From: an archaeon
Lineage (GTDB): Archaea; B1Sed10-29; WALL01
DNA: 64,000 bases
Direction: 5' to 3'
Assembly (NCBI GenBank): GCA_042584585.1
Contig: JBHOSQ010000005.1
Location: 1-64,000, forward strand
Both the position numbers and the translations under genes were made by a program. The notes below the pieces were generated by a model. The model saw nothing but the letters and a program-made list of their open reading frames with translations. It was not told the DNA's origin and searched no databases. Positions 36,654 to 45,557 of this stretch are shown here, in pieces; positions within the stretch are counted from its first letter, which is position 1, and each line of letters begins with the position of its first letter.

Positions 36654-36700
36654 AAAAAAGTCGGAGCATGCCCCAGAAACGTGTAGGGGCATTGCTCCGG
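36652..36700 (-). terminator. GC-rich hairpin followed by U-run
   Basis: Minus strand CGGAGCAATGCCCC-N11-GGGGCATGCTCCG-AC-TTTTTTTT. Confidence 0.6.
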
Positions 36701-36709
36701 TAGGGCTCT

Positions 36710-36868
36710 CTATGCGAGGTGGGAGAGATGCGTTAGTGTTGCGTGGAGTTCCCGGGCAATCCGCCGATTGCCACAGGTTTTTTCGAGCGTCACCAGTAAT
36801 GCACAAGCATAATCATTTGTTTCATTTTTGGACAAGCTCTTTATTTGGTTCCCAAGTAATACCTTCAC
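36710..36868 (-). CDS. Putative 52-aa protein
   Basis: GGTGA SD 4 nt before GTG, TATATAT upstream, hairpin terminator downstream. Confidence 0.4.
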   Translation of the reverse strand: MKVLLGNQIKSLSKNETNDYACALLVTLEKTCGNRRIARELHATLTHLSHLA

Positions 36869-37002
36869 GCCATCACCGACAATAGCTTCACTGTTTTCAT
36901 ATATATACTCAGAAGCATTAGCGGCTTGCCGAGAAAAAGTGCTTCCCACTGGAAACGAGCTCCCAACACCGGTTTCCACCGGAAATGGCTTGTTGCCGAG
37001 AA

Positions 37003-37650
37003 TCAGATTACGCCTTTGCCGACTATCTTGAAGTTTGCCCGCTGGCCTTCTTTCATGAACGGGTGCTTGACCAACCGGGCGTACCGGTCGGACGCATGCG
37101 ACAGTTCAACAATCGCTTTTGACGAGTACTTCATGGTGTCGCCGCCGGCCGGCTCGATGCCACCACGGTCCAGGTTGCTGTAAACTTGGTTCGTCACGAG
37201 CACAGGAATATTTTTCTTCCTCGCGATGTCCAGAAGCGCAGCCATCTGCAAGCCAAGTTCCCTGTTCGCCTTGTGCGGCTCTTCCCTGTCGAGCTCAAGC
37301 CTGAAGTGATAGATGATGCTGTCCACGACAACCAAGGCCAATCCCTCAATCTCCCACGCCGCGTCGATGGCGGCGCCCTGCTCGCTCATGCTCGCAGGCT
37401 CACGCAAAACAATCGACTTCAATGCTTCCTTGCTTGGCTGCATCTGCTCGAGGCGCTTCAAATTGAACGAGCCCTCGGGGTCGACGAACAAAACCTTGCC
37501 CCCCATGCGCGTCGCGTTGATTGAGGCCTGCAGCGCCAGGTTGCTCTTGCCGCTTCCAGCCGGACCATAGACTTGCGTGATAATCCGCGACGGAAGGCCG
37601 CCGCCCAGCAAATCGTCTATAGGACAATTGAGGGGTATGTTTTCAATCAT
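37003..37650 (-). CDS. radB: DNA repair protein RadB
   Basis: 'IDDLLGGGL', 'TQVYGPAGSGKS', 'VTNQVY', basic patch 'LVKH'. No RadA N-terminal domain. Confidence 0.92.
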   Translation of the reverse strand: MIENIPLNCPIDDLLGGGLPSRIITQVYGPAGSGKSNLALQASINATRMGGKVLFVDPEGSFNLKRLEQMQPSKEALKSIVLREPASMSEQGAAIDAAWEIEGLALVVVDSIIYHFRLELDREEPHKANRELGLQMAALLDIARKKNIPVLVTNQVYSNLDRGGIEPAGGDTMKYSSKAIVELSHASDRYARLVKHPFMKEGQRANFKIVGKGVI

Positions 37651-38234
37651 ATCAAGGGTTCCCGCGTATGTTTTATGTGGTCCCGGGCGTGGTTTAGTAT
37701 CCTTTCCTTGCAAGTTCCACAGTAATCCTTCTTGCCCACGTCTTCAGTGGTCATGTGGTCGCCCATGACGCAGTCCTCGTCCTCGCAGTGCGTGCCTTTT
37801 GCTGTTGTCTTGGTCTTGTACCTGCCATGCGGGACAGAGTCAAGCGCTTCGCCGAGCCCGTGCTTCCCGACTTTTTTCAAGGCAGGCAGTACATTCTCCT
37901 TGCCAACCGCGTCCTCGACCGCCGGGATGGAGCAAACGAGCGTCTGGCCAGACTTGTGGCCCCAGGGGGACTCCACGTCTTCCACATGCACCTTCTTGCC
38001 CGTCAAGTGAATCCGTAAGTTAAATTCGCTGTTCAAATGCTCTGCCAGCGTCTTCGCGTCTATGCGCTCTTCCCCCGCCACTAATTTAGTTGCGTGCTCT
38101 TTTTCATCCTGCTCCACAGGCCAGGCCTTCAGGTCCAGCCCAAGCTCGTCAGCGGCTTCCTTCAGCCCGTCCAAAACAGCTTGAATCTGCGCCTTAGACA
38201 CCTTGGGGGCATGACTCACATACGCCGTTATCAT
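37647..38234 (-). CDS. Archaemetzincin-like protein with degenerate zinc-protease motif
   Basis: 'HGLGE' sits where HExxH is expected. The 'HCEDEDCVM...YCGTC' Cys4 motif is retained. Confidence 0.6.
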   Translation of the reverse strand: MITAYVSHAPKVSKAQIQAVLDGLKEAADELGLDLKAWPVEQDEKEHATKLVAGEERIDAKTLAEHLNSEFNLRIHLTGKKVHVEDVESPWGHKSGQTLVCSIPAVEDAVGKENVLPALKKVGKHGLGEALDSVPHGRYKTKTTAKGTHCEDEDCVMGDHMTTEDVGKKDYCGTCKERILNHARDHIKHTREPLI

Positions 38235-38304
38235 AATCCTCTGCCTCGCTCGATTATTTATACCCCCTTCAACTAATATACCTAACTCCCGCAGAGTGAT
38301 TTCT

Positions 38305-40467
38305 ATGGCTGACATAAAGCTTAAGGTCCAGGAAGCGATGCAGAACGACGTAGGCCGCGGAATAGTGCGCATCGACACCGAGACACGCGAGGCACTCGGG
38401 CTCACGTCCGGAGACATAGTCCAGGTCAAGGGCACCACCGACACCGTCGGCGTCGTCTGGCAGTGCTACCCACAGGACGAAGGCCTCAAAATCATCCGCA
38501 TGGACGGCCTCATTCGCCAAAACTCCGGAGTCGGCATCGGCGACTACGTCAAAATCGAGAAGACCGAGCTAAAGCCAGCCACAAAAATAACTCTCGCGCC
38601 ATCAAAGCCCGTGAGGTTCTCACCAGGCTTCGAGTCATACGTCCAAAAGCGACTAATCGGCAGGCCCCTAATCAAAGGCGACCGCATACTCATTGGTGTG
38701 TTCGGCACAAGCCTCGTCATGATAGCAACCAAAACCACTCCAAAAGGCTTCGTGCAAATCACGCAGGACACTCAAATCGAGCTCAAGACCGAGCCAATCA
38801 AAGAAATAGTCGGAGTCCCCCAAGTCACTTACGAAGACATCGGCGGAGTCAAGGACGAAGTCCACAAAGTCCGCGAAATGATTGAAATCCCACTCAAGCA
38901 CCCCGAACTGTTCGAGCGCCTCGGAATCGAGCCCCCGAAAGGCGTCCTCCTCCACGGCCCGCCGGGCACAGGCAAGACACTTTTGGCAAAGGCAGTGGCA
39001 AACGAAAGTGACGCCAACTTTATTTCCATCCAGGGCCCAGAAATTATTTCCAAGTTCGTGGGCGAAGCCGAGGAAAGGCTCCGCCAAATCTTCAAGCAAG
39101 CAGAAGAAAACGCGCCAACAATAATCTTCATCGACGAAATCGACGCCATCGCGCCAAAGCGCGGCGAAGTCACCGGCGAAGTAGAGAAGCGTGTCGTCGC
39201 CCAACTATTGGCCTCAATGGATGGGCTGCAGACCCGCGGCAACGTAGTCGTAATCGCGGCCACCAACCGAGTCAACGCAATCGACGAAGCGCTGCGCCGC
39301 CCAGGGAGGTTCGACCGAGAAATTGAGCTCGGCGTCCCCGACCGCAAGGGCCGCAAGGAAATCCTGCAAATTCACACGCGCAACATGCCGCTTGAAGGGG
39401 TTGACCTGGACAGGATGGCAGACATCACCCACGGCTACGTTGGCGCCGATGTCCAAGCCCTTGCCAAGGAAGCGGCCATGAAAACACTGCGCCGCCTAAT
39501 CCCCAAAATGAACCTTGAGGGCGAGGACGGCATCCCCACCGAAGTCCTGGAAAACCTTAAGGTCACCAAGGACGACTTCATGGACGCGTTCAGGGAAGTC
39601 CAGCCCAGCGCCATGCGCGAAGTCCTCGTAGAAGTCCCGAACGTGAAGTGGAAGGACATCGGCGGCCTCGACGACGTCAAGAAGCGGCTCAAGGAAGCCA
39701 TTGAATGGCCAATCAAAAACCCCAAGATGTTCACGCGACTCGGAATCCGCCCGCCGAAAGGAATTTTCCTGTTCGGCCCGCCCGGCAGCGGCAAAACCAT
39801 GCTCGCCAAAGCAGTGGCAACCGAGAGCGAGACAAACTTCATCGTGGTCAAAGGCCCGGAACTCCTGTCCAAGTGGGTTGGCGAGTCCGAGCGTGGCGTG
39901 CGAGAAATCTTCCGCAAGGCCCGCCTTGCCGCACCCGTAGTAATCCTGTTCGACGAAATCGACGCGCTCGCGCCAAAGCGCGGCATGCATGCGGGCTCAG
40001 CAGCTACGGAAACAGTGGTCAACCAACTGCTGACCGAATTGGACGGCGTTGAAGAATTGAAGGACGTGGTAATCTTAGCAACGTCAAACCGCCCGGACAT
40101 CGTCGACCCAAGCCTCTTGAGGCCGGGCAGGTTCGACAGAATGATCTTCGTTCCGGCTCCGGACGCAAAGTCGCGCCTCGCAATCTTTGAGGTGCACACC
40201 AAAAAGATGCCTCTCGCCAAAACAGTGAAGCTTGAGACGCTCGCGTCTTCCACAGACGGGTTCTCGGGCGCAGACATAGAGGGCGTGTGCCGCGAGGCAG
40301 CGATGAACGCGCTGCGCCACAACAAGAAAGCCAAAGAAGTAACGGAAAAGGACTTCGAGAAAGCGATGAAGGCGGCGAGGCCGTCCATCCAGGAAGATGA
40401 CTTGAAGCGCTACCACGGGTTCATGAAAGAGCACAAGTCAATAGACACGGCGAGCTACATCGGCTAG
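38305..40467 (+). CDS. cdc48: CDC48/VAT AAA+ ATPase
   Basis: N domain '[10 protein letters not shown]', two AAA modules ([16 protein letters not shown]), RPGRFD twice. Confidence 0.97.
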   Translation: MADIKLKVQEAMQNDVGRGIVRIDTETREALGLTSGDIVQVKGTTDTVGVVWQCYPQDEGLKIIRMDGLIRQNSGVGIGDYVKIEKTELKPATKITLAPSKPVRFSPGFESYVQKRLIGRPLIKGDRILIGVFGTSLVMIATKTTPKGFVQITQDTQIELKTEPIKEIVGVPQVTYEDIGGVKDEVHKVREMIEIPLKHPELFERLGIEPPKGVLLHGPPGTGKTLLAKAVANESDANFISIQGPEIISKFVGEAEERLRQIFKQAEENAPTIIFIDEIDAIAPKRGEVTGEVEKRVVAQLLASMDGLQTRGNVVVIAATNRVNAIDEALRRPGRFDREIELGVPDRKGRKEILQIHTRNMPLEGVDLDRMADITHGYVGADVQALAKEAAMKTLRRLIPKMNLEGEDGIPTEVLENLKVTKDDFMDAFREVQPSAMREVLVEVPNVKWKDIGGLDDVKKRLKEAIEWPIKNPKMFTRLGIRPPKGIFLFGPPGSGKTMLAKAVATESETNFIVVKGPELLSKWVGESERGVREIFRKARLAAPVVILFDEIDALAPKRGMHAGSAATETVVNQLLTELDGVEELKDVVILATSNRPDIVDPSLLRPGRFDRMIFVPAPDAKSRLAIFEVHTKKMPLAKTVKLETLASSTDGFSGADIEGVCREAAMNALRHNKKAKEVTEKDFEKAMKAARPSIQEDDLKRYHGFMKEHKSIDTASYIG

Positions 40468-41042
40468 AGGAACGGCAGCAGCAGGTAAGCCGCGGCCGCG
40501 AGCGTGAGGAACCACACAACCGGGTTCCACTGCAGTACTTTGTTCCCGTCCAGCGGCGGGAATGGAATCAGGTTGAAAGCTGCCAAGAAAAAGTTTATGT
40601 ACGCGCCCCAGTTCCCGATGACCGCGAGCAAAGTGGTTGAGGAATAGCTGAGTGCGAGGAACCCAACGCCGACACTGAGGTTAACCAACGGGCCAGTCAC
40701 CGCAATCAATCCCTGTTCCCGGAGCGTGAGGCGCTTGCCTCCAATCATCACCGCGCCCGGCGCAGCAAAAATCAGGCGCCCCCCAGTCATTATCGCCATG
40801 GCCAGTGCCAACGCAAGGCCTTGCCACCACATCCTGAAGAACGCGATGCACCCGAACTTCTTGGCAACCCACCTGTGGCCCATTTCGTGGAAGACAAACC
40901 CGGTCCCGAGCGTCAGGAGTATAATCGGGAAGCTCGTGGTCAATGCGGGCAGCAGGCCGTGTGAGTACACCGACGCCATGGAAAACGCTAGGCTAAGAGT
41001 GACCCACGAAATGAGTATGTGCATAAGCTCCTGGTTTTCCAT
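40464..41042 (-). CDS. Site-2 protease (M50) intramembrane metalloprotease
   Basis: HEMGH, 'GPLVN', '[11 protein letters not shown]'. Confidence 0.92.
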   Translation of the reverse strand: MENQELMHILISWVTLSLAFSMASVYSHGLLPALTTSFPIILLTLGTGFVFHEMGHRWVAKKFGCIAFFRMWWQGLALALAMAIMTGGRLIFAAPGAVMIGGKRLTLREQGLIAVTGPLVNLSVGVGFLALSYSSTTLLAVIGNWGAYINFFLAAFNLIPFPPLDGNKVLQWNPVVWFLTLAAAAYLLLPFL

Positions 41043-41098
41043 CAAAGTTAAATACGAGTTAATCCAATAAATACATTACTAAAGGGGAGTGGGAGAGA

Positions 41099-41275
41099 AT
41101 GAGTAAAGACCTTTGGAAAGATAGCGCTGCACAGCTGTCCATGGAGCTAATCCTGGTGCTGGCAGCAGTTCTCGCCGTCGCACTGCTGGCTGTTTCGTCC
41201 CTACGGGGCACGGCAGTGGACGCCGAGAAAGTAGGCGGGAGGACCGCCAAAAAAATCCTGAAGGAGCTGAAATGA
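41099..41275 (+). CDS. Small class III signal-peptide pilin (58 aa, not in ORF track)
   Basis: MSKDLWKDSAA|QLSMELILVLAAVLAVALL..., ATGA overlap with the next gene. Confidence 0.75.
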   Translation: MSKDLWKDSAAQLSMELILVLAAVLAVALLAVSSLRGTAVDAEKVGGRTAKKILKELK

Positions 41276-41460
41276 TGGGGAGATTGATTGATGACGACCG
41301 CGGACAAGTCTCTGCAGAGCTCATCGTGGTCATCGCCGCGCTTCTTGCGGTGGCGATGTTCTTCGTGAGCAGCCTGAACGACACGGTGACACAGGCTGGC
41401 GACAAGATGCAGGACAAGACCGGCGACGTCTTGAAACAGATAGACGGCATTGGGAAGTGA
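41272..41460 (+). CDS. Small class III signal-peptide pilin
   Basis: DRG|QVSAEL plus hydrophobic helix. Confidence 0.8.
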   Translation: MMGRLIDDDRGQVSAELIVVIAALLAVAMFFVSSLNDTVTQAGDKMQDKTGDVLKQIDGIGK

Positions 41461-41837
41461 TTTCCGTGCGCGGCCAGGTCTCGCTTGAGTTCATGGTAGT
41501 GCTAGCCGTATTCCTCGCCGCCATGGCGCTTTGGCTCACCGGGGTAAACCAGGCCAGCGGCGCAATCACCGTGGCGCTTGGCGCGAAGCAGTCCGTGCTC
41601 GCGGCCGAGCGCCTGGCGTCAACAATCAACGCGGTGTGCGTCATGGGCAGCGGCAACTCGCTCGACACCGAGGCCTATGTCGCCGGCAACGCAAGCGTCA
41701 TTTACGACAGCGCGTTGGTGCTGGACACAACCGAAAAAACAGTTTACTGCGAGTTCAACGACTTCACTGTTTCAGGCAAGCAAGAGTTCACCGCCACAAA
41801 CACCGATGGATTCGTCGAAGTCACACGCAAAGAGTGA
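41457..41837 (+). CDS. Class III signal-peptide pilin
   Basis: RG|QVSLEF plus hydrophobic helix. Confidence 0.8.
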   Translation: MISVRGQVSLEFMVVLAVFLAAMALWLTGVNQASGAITVALGAKQSVLAAERLASTINAVCVMGSGNSLDTEAYVAGNASVIYDSALVLDTTEKTVYCEFNDFTVSGKQEFTATNTDGFVEVTRKE

Positions 41838-42135
41838 ACGACACGGGCTCGTAATCGAGCTCGGGGGTCACGGCGGTGCGCTCGACAGTGGCACACTTAT
41901 CCCCGTCGCCGCTGTGGCCAATTAGTTCCCGCAATCCCTCAAGGCAATCTTCGTCGTGCTCGCACTTCTGCTTCATCGCGATTTGGGCGTAGTCGCCCGC
42001 CTGCTTGTAGAGCACAACGTCGCTGTAGTCTTCCGCGGCAACCGAAGACAGCGCCGCGATGAACGCGACGAAGCAAAGCAACGCGACCATCGCCTCAAGG
42101 CTGAACACAAACCCTTTACCAGACAGAAAGCGCAA
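41821..42135 (-). CDS. Minor pilin-like protein
   Basis: KG|FVFSLEA. TTG start after GGGGGTGA. Confidence 0.7.
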   Translation of the reverse strand: MRFLSGKGFVFSLEAMVALLCFVAFIAALSSVAAEDYSDVVLYKQAGDYAQIAMKQKCEHDEDCLEGLRELIGHSGDGDKCATVERTAVTPELDYEPVSFTLCV

Positions 42136-42481
42136 CAGCTTCACCCCCCTCCTCATCTAAAAACACGAGCCGCTTGATTCCGTCGCCATTAATGGAGTAA
42201 TTGTGGTGGCAGTACGTGGCTTCTTTCCCAATCTGAGCAGAGTCAATGGTCTGCGGCACCACCCTGCCAACGCTCTGGTCGACTTTGGCGAGGCACTTCG
42301 GGTCGTTAATCAGGCGGTCGCTCGCCGCAATCAATTCTTTCTGTTTTTCGGCGGTGAAGTGCATTGCCGCCGCCTCCCCTGTGACGAGCTGCGTCCATAA
42401 GAGGCACAGCTGCACGAGGACTAGCACGAGCACGAACGCGATGCTGGCGTCAATCATCCAAACTTGGCCTTTTTCCAACAT
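42116..42481 (-). CDS. Minor pilin-like protein
   Basis: MLEKG|QVWMID plus hydrophobic helix, GAGGTGG SD. Confidence 0.7.
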   Translation of the reverse strand: MLEKGQVWMIDASIAFVLVLVLVQLCLLWTQLVTGEAAAMHFTAEKQKELIAASDRLINDPKCLAKVDQSVGRVVPQTIDSAQIGKEATYCHHNYSINGDGIKRLVFLDEEGGEAVALSVW

Positions 42482-42683
42482 ACCACCTCGCGTATGACCC
42501 GTTGCCGCGGGACTCGCCGAGCGCAATCACTGCTTTTTGCTTGCCGGCTTCCTGCGACGCCGTGATTATCCCGAGCAATTCTTCGTCGCCGAGCGCTTCG
42601 GCTGCTCGGGAGTGCGCGTTCATCACCACGGAGACGAGGGCAATCATCATCATGACTGCGAGCATTGCCTCAAGAGTGTTCAT
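42450..42683 (-). CDS. Small pilin-like protein
   Basis: MNTLEA plus hydrophobic helix, inside the cassette. No basic leader. Confidence 0.5.
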   Translation of the reverse strand: MNTLEAMLAVMMMIALVSVVMNAHSRAAEALGDEELLGIITASQEAGKQKAVIALGESRGNGSYARWYVGKRPSLDD

Positions 42684-43131
42684 ACCAGCACCCCATCGGA
42701 ATCAAGTAAACGCCTTTGCTGTTCCCAACAGTTATCGTGGCGCCAATCGCGTCGTACCTGCCCCCCATAACAGCAGTGATGTTGCTTGGCAACCGCTCCA
42801 CCCTAATTTCGCTGTTGGGAGCCGACTCCAGCAGCCTTGAATACCCGGGCCCACCGGTGTCGCCGTACCACACGTCGATTCCTTGCGCACGCATTTCTTT
42901 TTTCCAGTCCGCTAGTGCCGCATCCAATTCCGTTTGGCTCCCGGAATATTCCACGGCGCGCCAAAACGTTTCCTCGAAGTCCTGCTCTTTGACCGTGATC
43001 GCCTGGTGCTCAAGAAAAAGCTGGCGCGTCTCGCGTATGCCGTTGGCTTCGGTTTGGTAAATCGAGAGCGCGTGGAACGCCGTGGGCACGAAAGACAAAA
43101 GTACTAAGAATGCTACTACTCCTCTCCCCAT
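42670..43131 (-). CDS. Pilin-like/N-terminally anchored protein
   Basis: MGRG|VVAFLV hydrophobic start, first gene of the minor pilin cassette. Confidence 0.55.
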   Translation of the reverse strand: MGRGVVAFLVLLSFVPTAFHALSIYQTEANGIRETRQLFLEHQAITVKEQDFEETFWRAVEYSGSQTELDAALADWKKEMRAQGIDVWYGDTGGPGYSRLLESAPNSEIRVERLPSNITAVMGGRYDAIGATITVGNSKGVYLIPMGCWYEHS

Positions 43132-43172
43132 ACCGTTGGTTAGGGACGAGCAAACTTTTATCGCTTTCGGTC

Positions 43173-43520
43173 CTAGGAGTACTGCTCTGCCAGGTCTCCG
43201 GCGATTGGGAGCTTGTACTTCTTGCCCTGGTACGCCTTTACCATCAGCACTATCACTAGGATAAACCAAACGAGGGACAGTGGCCCGGCGGCTATCCAGC
43301 CGATGACAGGAACGACTATGAACAAGTTAAGCAGGCCGAACACGATGATGGACTGCACTGCGTGGAACCTAACAAACTTGTCGTCGTCCTTCAAAAGGTA
43401 GACCAGTAGCCCACTAACCCAACCCAGTAGATAGGCCAGCGCAGCTATGCTGTTGCTGTCGACTGTTGCCTTGGATTTTGCAGGGGCTTTTTTTGTTGCC
43501 TTGGCCTTTTTCGTTGCCAT
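43173..43520 (-). CDS. DUF4870-family membrane protein
   Basis: 'ALAYLLG', 'FVRFHAVQS', 'KAYQG..YKLPIAG.LAE'. Confidence 0.85.
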   Translation of the reverse strand: MATKKAKATKKAPAKSKATVDSNSIAALAYLLGWVSGLLVYLLKDDDKFVRFHAVQSIIVFGLLNLFIVVPVIGWIAAGPLSLVWFILVIVLMVKAYQGKKYKLPIAGDLAEQYS

Positions 43521-43546
43521 AAGCGCCAATAACCCGTTCTGTGTAT

Positions 43547-43870
43547 TTAAGCATTGTGGGGCACGCTGTGCCTTTCGGCGACGCCGCCCGCCCACGGAAG
43601 CCCGAACCTTTCGCCTTGCGCGGCCTTGACGATCAGCACCGCCCACAGCACGACGCCCAGCAGCCACACCACCGGAAGCAGCAGTATCCCGAGCACACTG
43701 GCTATCAAGACCGTCTGCACGAGCGTCAGCAGCCCAAACACGGCGATTGACTGCATGGCGTGGAACCGGGCGTACTCGTCGTTTCGGCTGAACAAGTACA
43801 CGAGGCCCCCGCTAAACCAGAAAAAGGTGTAGGCCAGCATGGCCATGGCGCGAGAATCAGTGTTTGGCAT
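43547..43870 (-). CDS. DUF4870-family membrane protein (tandem paralogue)
   Basis: 'LAY', 'ARFHAMQS', 'KAAQGERFGLPWAGGVAE'. Confidence 0.85.
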   Translation of the reverse strand: MPNTDSRAMAMLAYTFFWFSGGLVYLFSRNDEYARFHAMQSIAVFGLLTLVQTVLIASVLGILLLPVVWLLGVVLWAVLIVKAAQGERFGLPWAGGVAERHSVPHNA

Positions 43871-43987
43871 GCATGGAACAACCCGTTTTAGCTATAAAAG
43901 GCTTTTCAAACCCCCGAAAACCTTTTTAAACAGAGGCTTTCATAATAGCCCCCACAACCCAAGCAACCGCTTATTTTGTGGATTTAC

Positions 43988-44797
43988 ATGGAGCTTGAAC
44001 ATCTAAAGCAAGAACGGGACAAGCTTAACACCGAGACCCAGAAGCTGCGCAGCGAGTCCCAAGAAACGACTGGCCGCGTGAAGCGCCTACGGGTCTCGCT
44101 GAAAGACGCCAAGTCCAAGCGCGACCAGGAAAACAAGCTCGTCAAGGAATTCAAGGACAAGCGCGACGAAGTCAACAAAAAAATCAAGTCCCGCATCTCA
44201 GAGCTCAACAAATTCCAGGAAGACCTGGCCAAGCTCAAGACCACTTCCGGCCCGATGCACCAGACCCGCAAGGAACTGGAGCGCCTGGAGTGGAAGGTCC
44301 AGACCGAAGTCCTCAACGTCAAGCAAGAAGAAAAACTTGCGAAGCGCATCGCAGAACTCGAGGAAGCGTGCGCGGCGAGCGACGAGTTCAACGAAAAAAG
44401 GAAGAAGCTGCGCAAAATCACTGGCGAGCTCGACGAGCTCCGCAAGGAAGCGCAGGCGTATCACGAAGTAATGCTCCAACACGCTCGGGACTCCGAGCAC
44501 TACCACGAAGAAGTCAAGAAAGCGTACGACCAAATCAAGAAAATCGAGCCCGAATTCAAGGAAGCCCAGCAAAAAGTCTCGCAGGCAAAGCGAGAGGCCG
44601 ACGAGGCGCACAAGACCTACGTCGAAAAATACAAGAAGACCAAGGGCGCCGCAAGGGTCGAGCAGGATAAGGTCGTGAAGAAAAAGGTCAGGGCCATGAA
44701 GGCCGAGGCCGACGACTTGATGAAGGCATTCAAGACAGGCAAGAAGCTCACGACCGAAGAGATCATGATTATCCAGGGGTACGGTGGCAAGGAATGA
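43988..44797 (+). CDS. Archaeal coiled-coil protein (COG1340-like)
   Basis: E/K-rich heptads, 'LEWKVQT', 'ADEAH', C-terminal 'FKTGKKLTTEEI'. Confidence 0.8.
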   Translation: MELEHLKQERDKLNTETQKLRSESQETTGRVKRLRVSLKDAKSKRDQENKLVKEFKDKRDEVNKKIKSRISELNKFQEDLAKLKTTSGPMHQTRKELERLEWKVQTEVLNVKQEEKLAKRIAELEEACAASDEFNEKRKKLRKITGELDELRKEAQAYHEVMLQHARDSEHYHEEVKKAYDQIKKIEPEFKEAQQKVSQAKREADEAHKTYVEKYKKTKGAARVEQDKVVKKKVRAMKAEADDLMKAFKTGKKLTTEEIMIIQGYGGKE

Positions 44798-45015
44798 ACA
44801 CCTACCTCACCTTGTGGTACAGCAGCGAGGGCGACAGCCCCGTCGAGGTCGCGAAGAAGCTGGGCTCCCTTGGCTTCGTGCACCAGCAGGGCAACTATGA
44901 CTTCTCTTACGCATGGGACGCCAACCCGGAGGTGGACGACCTACTGCGCCTCGGAAACACCGTCCAGACAAAGCTCAACGGCTCGAAAGCCGTCTTCAAG
45001 ATGGAAACCGTATAG
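44794..45015 (+). CDS. Small conserved hypothetical protein
   Basis: ATGA overlap, 73 aa, 'SSEG.SP.EV...L..LGF....G.YDF.Y.W' pattern. Confidence 0.65.
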   Translation: MNTYLTLWYSSEGDSPVEVAKKLGSLGFVHQQGNYDFSYAWDANPEVDDLLRLGNTVQTKLNGSKAVFKMETV

Positions 45016-45556
45016 TTCCCTTGATTTTTTCAAGAAGCAACTCAAATTCAGTGTAGCCCGCGGCCGCATTAAAATGGCCCGCGTTTTTTACGACAACCAA
45101 CTCGCCGCCCACGTGCTCCGCCAACTCCTCGGCCTTTTCCATTGCCACGTACGGGTCGTTGTCCGAGTGGAAGAGAAAGAACTTTTTGCAGTGCGCCTTG
45201 ATTTTGTCCCAGTCAAACTCTCTCTGGGAAATTGTTTTCATATTATCGTCATATTCGTGGCCAATCGTCCCCGTAAACCCTGCCACAAAAAACGCGGACC
45301 CAACAGTATTCTGCTCAATCACGCTTAAGGCAAAAGGCGTGCCCAGGCTATGGCAAACAAAAACAGTCTCCTCGTTTATGAGCTCTTTGTGCTCGTCCAA
45401 AACCCTTGACCAATTCTCCAGTGTCTGGCCCTCAAGAGTGGGGAACCGTGGCACGACCACGTTGCACCCCAGCTTTTCCAGTTCTTGCCTCAGCCAATCA
45501 AACCAATTCTCTTGGGGGTGCCCCAGCACCCCATGAAAAATGAAAACAGTTACCAC
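44996..45556 (-). CDS. RBBP9/YdeN alpha/beta hydrolase
   Basis: 'FIFHG', 'NWFDWL', 'CHSLG', 'SDNDPYV', 'AGHF'. Confidence 0.9.
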   Translation of the reverse strand: MVTVFIFHGVLGHPQENWFDWLRQELEKLGCNVVVPRFPTLEGQTLENWSRVLDEHKELINEETVFVCHSLGTPFALSVIEQNTVGSAFFVAGFTGTIGHEYDDNMKTISQREFDWDKIKAHCKKFFLFHSDNDPYVAMEKAEELAEHVGGELVVVKNAGHFNAAAGYTEFELLLEKIKGTIRFPS

Positions 45557-45557
45557 G

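Noticed and set aside
36661-36700. Hairpin as a SECIS element or part of SRP/RNase P RNA
   Set aside because: No convincing GAA/A SECIS geometry, no in-frame TGA gene nearby, and no SRP helix-8 or RNase P conserved motifs visible.
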